A stretch of 41,667 bases of DNA from Deltaproteobacteria bacterium. Its GTDB lineage: Bacteria > Myxococcota > JACRCW01. Below the pieces are notes generated by a model. The model saw nothing but the letters and a program-made list of their open reading frames with translations, searched no databases and was not told the DNA's origin. The stretch lies in assembly GCA_016218805.1 (NCBI GenBank), contig JACRCW010000108.1, positions 1 through 41,667 of the forward strand, read 5' to 3'. Made by a program: the position numbers and the translations under genes. Below, piece after piece: positions 33,603 through 41,667 of the stretch; position 1 is the first letter of the stretch, and each line of letters begins with the position of its first letter.

Positions 33603-35039
33603 TCAGGCCTGCGGTGCGGCTTTGCCCGCCTCCACCGGCACACCTTCCTCGTCGTGGCGGTGCGTGCGCGGACGCAGGCCGTTGCGCGGGTCGTTGTACT
33701 CGTGGAGCTTGTACTGGATCTTGCGCGCGCTGATGCCCAGGATGGCCGCCGCCTTGGACGTGCTGCCGCCGGTGTGCTCCAGCGTGCGGAGGATGGCGTA
33801 CTTCTCCAGCTCCGCCAGCGTGGAGCCGGGGATGGGCGGCATGCCGTTGTTGGGCATGGACGGCGAAGACACGGTCGGCGTGAGGTCCTGCGGCCGGATG
33901 ACCTCCTGCCGGCAGATGACCACCGCGCGCTCCACCGCGTTCTCCAGCTCGCGCACGTTGCCGGGCCAGCTGTAGCGGACCAGCGCCTCCAGCGCGTCGT
34001 CAGAGAAGCCCTTGACGGCCTTGCCGTTCTCCTTGGAGTACTTGTTGAGGAAGTGCATGGCCAGAAGCGGGATGTCCGTGCGGCGCTTGCGCAGTGGCGG
34101 GACCTCCAGGCTGACCACGTTGAGGCGGTAGTACAGGTCCTCGCGGAACTTCCCGTCCTTCACCAGCTTGGCCAGGTCGCGGTGGGTGGCCGCAATGACG
34201 CGCACGTCCACCTCAATGGTCTGGTTGCCGCCCACGCGCTCAAAGGTGTGCTCCTGCAGGAACCGCAGCAGCTTGACCTGGATGGCGGGGCTGATCTCGC
34301 CAATCTCGTCCAGGAACAGCGTGCCGCCGTGCGCCTGCTGGAAGCGCCCGTCCCGCCGGGACACCGCGCCGGTGAACGCACCGCGCTCGTGACCGAACAG
34401 TTCGCTCTCCAGCAGCGTCTCCGCCAGCGCCGCGCAGTGCAGCTTCACAAACGGCCCGTGTGACCGCGGGCTGTGCTGGTGGATGGCTGCGGCAATGAGC
34501 TCCTTGCCCGTGCCGCTCTCGCCGGTGATGAGCAGGGAGGCGCGCGAGGGCGACACCTGCAGCACCGTGTTGAACAGCTCCTGCATGATGGGGCTGCGGC
34601 CCACCATGTTCTCAATGCCGTGGCGCTCGGCCAGCCGCTCGCGCAACTGCCCGGCTTCCAGGCGCAGGCGCCGGCGCTCCAGCACGCGGTCCAGGACCAG
34701 CAGCAGCTCGTCCATGTTGATGGGCTTGGTCAGGTAGTCCGCCGCGCCCTGCCGCATGGCCTCCACCGCGGTCTCCACCGTGCCGTACGCCGTCATGACC
34801 ACCACCTGGCGCTCCGGGTCCTGCTCGCGGGCCTTCTTCATGAGCTCAATGCCGTCCATCCCCGGCATCTTGAGATCCGTCAGGACCAGGTCCGGGGCGA
34901 ACTCCGCCAGCTTGGGCAGCGCTTTGAACCCGTCCGCAGCCAGCTCGATGCTGAAGCCTTCCTCGCGCAGCAGTTCCGCCAGTGCGCCGCGCGCGTTCGC
35001 TTCATCGTCCACCACCAGGATCCGTCCGCGAGTGCCCAT
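33603..35039 (-). CDS. Sigma54-dependent response regulator (NtrC/AtoC family)
   Basis: REC ([24 protein letters not shown]), [30 protein letters not shown], Fis HTH; AGGAG RBS. Confidence 0.96.
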   Translation of the reverse strand: MGTRGRILVVDDEANARGALAELLREEGFSIELAADGFKALPKLAEFAPDLVLTDLKMPGMDGIELMKKAREQDPERQVVVMTAYGTVETAVEAMRQGAADYLTKPINMDELLLVLDRVLERRRLRLEAGQLRERLAERHGIENMVGRSPIMQELFNTVLQVSPSRASLLITGESGTGKELIAAAIHQHSPRSHGPFVKLHCAALAETLLESELFGHERGAFTGAVSRRDGRFQQAHGGTLFLDEIGEISPAIQVKLLRFLQEHTFERVGGNQTIEVDVRVIAATHRDLAKLVKDGKFREDLYYRLNVVSLEVPPLRKRRTDIPLLAMHFLNKYSKENGKAVKGFSDDALEALVRYSWPGNVRELENAVERAVVICRQEVIRPQDLTPTVSSPSMPNNGMPPIPGSTLAELEKYAILRTLEHTGGSTSKAAAILGISARKIQYKLHEYNDPRNGLRPRTHRHDEEGVPVEAGKAAPQA

Positions 35040-35072
35040 GTCTGACTCCTTTGAAAACCTTGCGCCGCTCTG

Positions 35073-35088
35073 AGCCAGTCCTGTGCCA
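35073..35088 (-). promoter_or_regulatory. Sigma54 (-24/-12) promoter of the response regulator gene
   Basis: Minus-strand TGGCACAGGACTGGCT fits TGGCAC-N5-TGGC with correct GG-N10-GC spacing, 33 nt upstream of the ATG. Confidence 0.7.
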
Positions 35089-35290
35089 CCGCCTGGTGCG
35101 GTGCATCATTCACGGCTTAACACTTCATGAATACGCGTCTTTTTCGCATGGCCCGGCTTGCGTCTGCGGCGTGGATTGGACGCAATATTTTCACAATGAC
35201 CCGCTACAGCGCAATGCTTTCCACGGCGCAAGCGTTTTTCGTGGGAATGCGGTGGCCAGGGGCTTGCTGCACCAACTTCTGAGGCAGGCC

Positions 35291-36082
35291 ATGTGGTTCC
35301 GGCATTGGTTGGTGCAACCGGGACGCGAGCGCCCAATGTGGTTGGGCCTGGCGGGAGCGCTGCTTTCTGCGGGTTCACCCCTGGGCGTGGCCCTGCTGCT
35401 GGAATGGCCGGCCCTGGCCGGGGATGCGAAATTGTTGCGTTGGATGCTGGTGGGCTACGTGGCGGTGGGGACAGCCATTGCGTTTGCGCTGGCGGGCTAC
35501 TGGGCCGGGCGCCTGCTGGATGAGCTGGTGGCCGCGCGTGAAGCGCTGGCCCAGGAGGCCGCGGAGGACCCGCTGACGGGCCTGCCCAACCGGCGCGAGT
35601 TTGAACGCGTGCTGCGCGCCCAGCTGGCACAGGCGGCCCGGACGCAGCAGCCCGTGGGGCTCATCATGGTGGACGTGGACCGGTTCAAGGACGTGAATGA
35701 CCAGCACGGGCACCCCGCAGGGGACCAGGTGCTGCGCTCCATTGCGTCCCTGGTGCGGGCCGCCTGCCGTGCCGGGGACACGCCCGCGCGGGTGGGCGGC
35801 GAGGAGTTTGCCGTGCTGGCGCCAGGCCTGGCCACCCAGGACGTGGCGCGCGTGGCCGAACGCCTGCGCTGCGCGGTGAAGGCCGCCGTGACCCACCACG
35901 CGGAGCGGGACATCACCGTGACCGTGTCGGCGGGCGTGGCCAGCTCGGATGCGCTGGCTGCTCCCACCAGCGCGGCGCTTGTCGCCGCGGCGGACGAACA
36001 GTTGTACAGGGCCAAGCGCGCGGGCCGGAACCTGGTCTGCGTGCCGGGCTGGGAAGCCGGGACCCTGCTGCAGGGAGACTGA
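35291..36082 (+). CDS. Membrane-anchored diguanylate cyclase (GGDEF)
   Basis: Two TM helices, DPLTGLPNRR, DVDRFKDVNDQHGHPAGD, I-site RAGD five residues before GGEEF, AD.QLY.AK..GRN. Start uncertain. Confidence 0.92.
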   Translation: MWFRHWLVQPGRERPMWLGLAGALLSAGSPLGVALLLEWPALAGDAKLLRWMLVGYVAVGTAIAFALAGYWAGRLLDELVAAREALAQEAAEDPLTGLPNRREFERVLRAQLAQAARTQQPVGLIMVDVDRFKDVNDQHGHPAGDQVLRSIASLVRAACRAGDTPARVGGEEFAVLAPGLATQDVARVAERLRCAVKAAVTHHAERDITVTVSAGVASSDALAAPTSAALVAAADEQLYRAKRAGRNLVCVPGWEAGTLLQGD

Positions 36083-36085
36083 ACC

Positions 36086-37198
36086 ATGACACCGCCGGTC
36101 AAGCGCATTGGGATCCTGTGCGGGGGCGGGGATTGCCCCGGACTCAACGCGGTCATCCGCGCCGTGGTGCACCACGCCGTGCGCAACTACGGCATGAGTG
36201 TGGTGGGCGTGGAGGGCAGCTTCCAGGGCCTCATGCATGACCCGCCCAACGTGCGCGAACTCAACCTGGGCGCGGTCAGCGGCATCCTTGCCCGCGGCGG
36301 CACCATCCTGGGGACCACCAACCGCGGCAACCCCTTCAGCTTCCCCGTCAAGGGGCCGGACGGCGCGGTCACCACCACGGACCGCTCGGCGGAGATTGCC
36401 ATCCGCGCGCGCCAGCTGGGCCTCCAGGGCCTGCTGGTGCTGGGCGGCGAAGGCACGCTCGCGCTGGGGTGGCGCCTGATGCAGGAGCGCCAGGTCCCCA
36501 TCATTGGCGTGCCCAAGACCATTGACCTGGACCTGTCCGCCACCTCCGCCACATTTGGCTTTGTGTCCGCCCTGGAGGTGGCCACCGACGCGGTGGACCG
36601 CCTGCATTCCACCGCGGAGAGCCATGACCGGGTGCTGGTGCTGGAGGTGATGGGCCGTGACGCGGGCCACATTGCCCTGTGCAGCGGGCTGGCCGGCGGT
36701 GCCGACGTGATCCTGCTGCCGGAGATCCCCTTTGACCTGGACGCGGTGACCCGCAAGATCGAACAGCGCCGTGCGCTGGGGCGCCGCTTCTCCATCATCG
36801 TGGTGGCGGAGGGCGCGCGTGAACACGGCGCGGGGCAGCGCGTGCTGGCCGGCACCGAACCGGGCAAGGACAAGGTGCGCCTGGGCGGGATGGGCAACTG
36901 GGTGGCCGGCCAGCTGCAGGAGCGCACGGGCGTGGAGGCGCGCGCCGTGGTGTTGGGGCACCTGCAGCGCGGCGGCAGCCCTGCCCCGCTGGACCGCGTG
37001 CTGGCCAGCGCGCTGGGCGTCCACGCCGTGGACATGGCCGCGCGCGGGCTGTGGGGCCGCATGGCCGCGCTGCGCTACCCGGACATTGTGGACGTACCGC
37101 TGCCTGAAGCGTTGGGGACCTACCACGTGGTGGACGTCCACGGCGCGCTGTGCCGCACCGCGCGCAGCCTGGGCATCTGCTTGGGCGAACCGGAGTAG
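36086..37198 (+). CDS. pfkA: 6-phosphofructokinase (PfkA family, probably ATP-dependent)
   Basis: GGDCPGLNAVIR, GGTILGT, GGEGT, PKTID, EVMGRDAG, VVAEG, LGHLQRGG. Confidence 0.93.
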   Translation: MTPPVKRIGILCGGGDCPGLNAVIRAVVHHAVRNYGMSVVGVEGSFQGLMHDPPNVRELNLGAVSGILARGGTILGTTNRGNPFSFPVKGPDGAVTTTDRSAEIAIRARQLGLQGLLVLGGEGTLALGWRLMQERQVPIIGVPKTIDLDLSATSATFGFVSALEVATDAVDRLHSTAESHDRVLVLEVMGRDAGHIALCSGLAGGADVILLPEIPFDLDAVTRKIEQRRALGRRFSIIVVAEGAREHGAGQRVLAGTEPGKDKVRLGGMGNWVAGQLQERTGVEARAVVLGHLQRGGSPAPLDRVLASALGVHAVDMAARGLWGRMAALRYPDIVDVPLPEALGTYHVVDVHGALCRTARSLGICLGEPE

Positions 37199-37338
37199 CC
37201 CACCGCGATCCGCGGCAGGTTTGCGCGTGGGACTCTGCCCGCCGCACGCGCTGCGCTGCTGCGGGGCGTTCTCCTTGTCCCACCGTCGTGGACGGGCTGG
37301 CAGCCGGCTTGCACAACGCGTCGTCCAAGGAGTTCGCC

Positions 37339-37764
37339 ATGACGCGCCAGGGAATGCACGTGTCAGCCGTGATGACGCGGGGAGCGCACACCATCAGCCG
37401 CGACCAGAGCCTGGAGTCTGCGCATCACGTGATGGACAAGTTCCACGTGCGCCACCTCCCCGTCATGGATCACGGCAAGGTGGCGGGCATGGTCTCCGAG
37501 CACGACCTGTACCTGCTGGAAACGCTGCGGGAGACCAACGCGTTTGACGTGCGGGTGGAAAACGCCATGAGCGCGGACCCCTACACGGTGTCCCCCAATG
37601 ACCCGCTGTATGAGGTCTGTGACGAGATGGCGCGCAACCGCTACGGCGCCGCCATTGTGGTGGAGCACGGGCGCGTGGTGGGGATCTTCACGGCGGTGGA
37701 TGCGCTGCGCGTACTGTCAGACATGCTGCGCGAGCCCACGCCTGACCCCGCCACCCGTCAGTAG
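37339..37764 (+). CDS. CBS-domain pair protein
   Basis: VSAVMT...VRHLPVMD.GKVAGMVSEHDL and VENAMS...VVGIFTAVDAL; AAGGAG RBS. Confidence 0.92.
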   Translation: MTRQGMHVSAVMTRGAHTISRDQSLESAHHVMDKFHVRHLPVMDHGKVAGMVSEHDLYLLETLRETNAFDVRVENAMSADPYTVSPNDPLYEVCDEMARNRYGAAIVVEHGRVVGIFTAVDALRVLSDMLREPTPDPATRQ

Positions 37765-37895
37765 CGGCCCAGCCCCGTCTCGGCGATGAGCGAGATGATG
37801 GTGAACGCCACCGCCAGGGTTGCCACGGCAACGACGACGAGCCTGCTGGCCGTCCATGCGTCATTGCCGTCCACGTTGATCTTGCCGTCCGTCAT
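37758..37895 (-). CDS. Small single-TM membrane protein (45 aa)
   Basis: GGAGGAAG RBS, then MTDGKINVDGNDAWTASRLVVVAVATLAVAFTIISLIAETGLGRY. Confidence 0.6.
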   Translation of the reverse strand: MTDGKINVDGNDAWTASRLVVVAVATLAVAFTIISLIAETGLGRY

Positions 37896-37942
37896 GGTGC
37901 TTCCTCCGGGGCGGCCGCTGTGACACGGCCCCAACGGGCGGG

Positions 37943-38830
37943 TCAACGCCGCGCCAGCACAGCGTCCAGTGCGCGCGGCCGGGGCAGCGCGGGCAGCAGC
38001 GCGCGCAAGCGGTCCGTGCGCAGCACGGGCGCGGGCGCACGCGGCGGCACCAGCCCCGGCACATCCGCCATCCGCACCGCTTCCAGCAGGGACAGGTCCA
38101 GGCCGCGCGCCCGGGCAATCCGCACACCCAGGTCGTACCGTGACACCGCCGCCGGCCCGGCAACATGGAGCAGGCCGCGGTACGCGTGCCCGCACAGCGC
38201 CAGCAACACCGCCGCCAGGTCGTCGGCCGCCAGCGGGGTGCGCAGCTCGTCCACAAACAGCCGCGCGCGGCCACCGGCGCGCAGCGTGCGCTCCATTGCT
38301 TCGTCCACACCCCGGTCACCCCGGGCGGACCGCCCCAGCAGCAGGGACGTGCGCACCACCACGTGGTCGGCGTGCGCCGCCGCCACGGCCGCCTCGCTGG
38401 CCGCCTTGCTGCGCCCGTACGCGCTTGCCGCGGTGGGCACGTCCTCCTCGCCGTATGGCCCGGACTGCCCGTCAAAGACCAGGTCCGTGGTCAGGTGGAT
38501 GATCCTTGCCTCCGCCCGCGCGCACGCCGCGGCCATCTCCCCGGCCGCCGCCGCGTTCACGCGGAACGCCCGCGCGGGGTCCGCCTCCGCCTCCGCGGGT
38601 GACGTCATGGCCGCGGTGTGGATGACGGCATCCGGGCGCACGCGCTCCACCAGCGCCCCCGCCGCACCCGGCTCCGCCAGGTCCAGCGCCGCCCAGGCCA
38701 CGCCGTCAGCCGGGGACCTGCCGGGCACCCGGCGGCAGCTGGCCGTGACGTCCCAGCCACGCCCTCGCGCGCCCTCCACCACCGCCCCGCCCAGCAGCCC
38801 CGTTCCACCGGTGACCAGCAGTCTCGTCAC
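37943..38830 (-). CDS. RmlD/RfbD-like extended SDR (dTDP-4-dehydrorhamnose reductase family)
   Basis: LVTGGTGLLG, PDAVIHTAA, LTTDLVFDG, YGRSK (YxxxK), LFVDELRTP, G.LHVAG. GTG start with GAGG RBS. Confidence 0.88.
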   Translation of the reverse strand: MTRLLVTGGTGLLGGAVVEGARGRGWDVTASCRRVPGRSPADGVAWAALDLAEPGAAGALVERVRPDAVIHTAAMTSPAEAEADPARAFRVNAAAAGEMAAACARAEARIIHLTTDLVFDGQSGPYGEEDVPTAASAYGRSKAASEAAVAAAHADHVVVRTSLLLGRSARGDRGVDEAMERTLRAGGRARLFVDELRTPLAADDLAAVLLALCGHAYRGLLHVAGPAAVSRYDLGVRIARARGLDLSLLEAVRMADVPGLVPPRAPAPVLRTDRLRALLPALPRPRALDAVLARR

Positions 38831-38880
38831 GCACAACCTCCGCGCTGACAACAGCGCGCCAACCGTTACACCCGCCGGGC

Positions 38881-39189
38881 ATGCCCGCGCGCGCCCCGCT
38901 GCTCCTTCTGCTTGGGATGTCCCCCCTGCTGGCAGCCTGCCCGCCGCCGCCCTTGCCGGTGGCCGCGCGGCCGGCAGGCGCGGTGGACCTGTGCGTGGCC
39001 TCCGTCCCCGCGGGCGCGTCCGTCACGGCGGATGGGACGCCGCGCGGAACCGCACCGCTGTGTGTGGGCGTACTGCCCGGACCCCACCGCGTGCGCCTGT
39101 CCAAGGCGGGTTACTTTGACTTGGAGGCCCGCGTGGAGGTGTCCCCAACCGGGGGCGAATTCAGCGGGAACCTGGTGGCGTCGCACTGA
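38881..39189 (+). CDS. PEGA-domain lipoprotein
   Basis: Lipobox LAAC; VASVPAGASVTADG...GTAPL...PGPHRVRLSKAGY. Confidence 0.8.
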   Translation: MPARAPLLLLLGMSPLLAACPPPPLPVAARPAGAVDLCVASVPAGASVTADGTPRGTAPLCVGVLPGPHRVRLSKAGYFDLEARVEVSPTGGEFSGNLVASH

Positions 39190-39439
39190 GGTCGGCTTCG
39201 CCAGGCGGTGGGACAGCCTGCCGCGCAGCCTGGGTGGCGGCGCGGGTCACGGCGTCGGAGAGTTCGCGGACGCGGCGGCGCGGATTGAGCAGGCGCAGCG
39301 CCATCCCGGCCGCGGCGCCCAGCAGGACCAGGCAGAACAGCAGCCCGGCCACCAGCTCGGCCAGCCCGGGCCATTCCCACCCGCGCGGGCGTGTCTCGCG
39401 CGGGGGGTCTTCGTCGGGTTGCCAGGGGGCGCGGCGCAT
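39161..39439 (-). CDS. Hypothetical small single-TM protein
   Basis: Hydrophobic helix LVAGLLFCLVLLGAAAGMAL followed by basic residues; fills the gap before grpE. Confidence 0.4.
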   Translation of the reverse strand: MRRAPWQPDEDPPRETRPRGWEWPGLAELVAGLLFCLVLLGAAAGMALRLLNPRRRVRELSDAVTRAATQAARQAVPPPGEADLSATPPGSR

Positions 39440-39655
39440 TCAGGTTGGATGGTGTGCAGGCGCCGCGCCAGCGCGGTCACCGTGCGTCTTTGCTGCGGTT
39501 TCTTGGCGCGGGCGCCGTGGGGTGGTGACAGGTCCGCCACAGCAGGTGTTGCAGCCCGTCACAGGGTGAGACGGCCGTGGGAATCCGGGCGGAAAGGTGG
39601 CGGGGCTTCGGGACGCCGTGGGATAGTGCCGTCCCACTCCATAGGGATGGTGCCC

Positions 39656-40453
39656 ATGACTGATGTCAAGCCCGCCACGTTCAAGATTGACGCCGACGCC
39701 GTGTTCAAGGAGGCGCTGGAGAGCCAGGCCAAACGCGAACAGGCCGCGCCCGAGCCGGGCGCCGGCGAGGTCCCGCTGGAGGTGGCGCCCGCCGCCACCG
39801 GCGAGATCATTGTGGCGGTGGAACCCCCGGCAGCGGAAGCCGGGGCGCCGGAGTTGGCCGCGGCGGCGCCGGAACCGGCGGCCGAGCCGGCACCCGCAGC
39901 CCCGGTGGCCCCCGCGCCGCCGCCCAAGAAGTCACCGCAGGACCTGATCATTGAAGCGCTCATCAAGGGCAAGCAGGAGGCCACCGAGGCGCTCAAGCAG
40001 ACGCAGAAGGAGGCCAAGGACCTGCTGGACGCGCGGGTGCGGTTGCAGGCGGAGTTTGAGAACTACAAGAAGCGCGTGGGCAAGGAGAAACAGGAAGCCC
40101 AGCTGCAGGTCACCAAGAACCTGATGCGGGAGATCCTGCCCGTCATGGACAACCTGGAGCGCGCGCTCAGCCACGTGAACCGCGAGGAGAGCTCGGCGGA
40201 CATGAAGAACCTGCTGGTGGGCATAGACATGGTGGCCAAGCAGCTGGTGGATGCGGTGAAGAAGATCGGTGTGACGGGGTTCACAGCCAAGGGCCAGCCG
40301 TTTGACCCCGGCCGCCACGAAGCTGTCTCGCAGGTGCCCGCCGAGGGCGAAGCGTCCCCCGGGACGGTGGTGGAGGAACACCAGCGGGGGTACATGCTCG
40401 GCGAGGTGCTGCTGCGCCCCGCGCTCGTGGTGGTGGCGGGTCCCAAGGCGTGA
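39656..40453 (+). CDS. grpE: Nucleotide exchange factor GrpE with Ala/Pro/Glu-rich N-terminal extension
   Basis: RLQAEFENYKKR, ILPVMDNLERAL, FDPGRHEAV, QRGY.LG..LLRPALVVV; directly upstream of dnaK. Start 39656 or 39647. Confidence 0.95.
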   Translation: MTDVKPATFKIDADAVFKEALESQAKREQAAPEPGAGEVPLEVAPAATGEIIVAVEPPAAEAGAPELAAAAPEPAAEPAPAAPVAPAPPPKKSPQDLIIEALIKGKQEATEALKQTQKEAKDLLDARVRLQAEFENYKKRVGKEKQEAQLQVTKNLMREILPVMDNLERALSHVNREESSADMKNLLVGIDMVAKQLVDAVKKIGVTGFTAKGQPFDPGRHEAVSQVPAEGEASPGTVVEEHQRGYMLGEVLLRPALVVVAGPKA

Positions 40454-40527
40454 GGCACCGTCGGACGGCTTGCACGCTGAAGGGTATGCGGTGCTAGGTA
40501 GTCGTCAGAAACTGGAGACTGGACCAC

Positions 40528-41667
<1,140 letters not shown>

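Noticed and set aside
38912..39655. Extra 248-aa N-terminal extension of GrpE in the ORF track
   Set aside because: It overlaps the PEGA gene in another frame and has no protein-like features.
40469..40497. CIRCE-like inverted repeat before dnaK (CTTGCACGC...CGGTGCTAG)
   Set aside because: The spacer is 11 nt instead of 9 and both arms have several mismatches to TTAGCACTC-N9-GAGTGCTAA.

Overview
This GC-rich 41.7-kb bacterial chromosomal window looks Myxococcota/deltaproteobacterial. That is an inference from the sigma54 activators, Ser-rich lipoproteins and PEGA/TonB-like proteins. Housekeeping genes are tex, truA, xseA-xseB-ispA, an rlmM-like gene, pfkA, grpE and the 5' part of dnaK. They are interspersed with accessory loci: TetR plus a GT1 glycosyltransferase with a clear operator; a TusA-DsrE-hybrid kinase operon; a poly-Ser beta-propeller/di-heme lipoprotein; a Lys-rich peptide, a radical SAM/SPASM enzyme with a C-terminal PqqD/RRE-like domain and a secreted protein with a clan-CD-like His/Cys dyad; a STAND-like/TPR sigma54 activator; a 21/22-bp tandem array; a REP-like doublet; and a sigma54-promoted response regulator. 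The most unusual element is a convergent, 3'-overlapping pair of paralogs (30393-32746). Each fuses a BpsA-like branched-polyamine aminopropyltransferase fold to a degenerate SAM-decarboxylase-like domain (GGH instead of ESH), and only one keeps the GDDD motif. No rRNA, tRNA, CRISPR array, transposase or integrase was seen. All calls come from motif recognition by eye; no searches were run.
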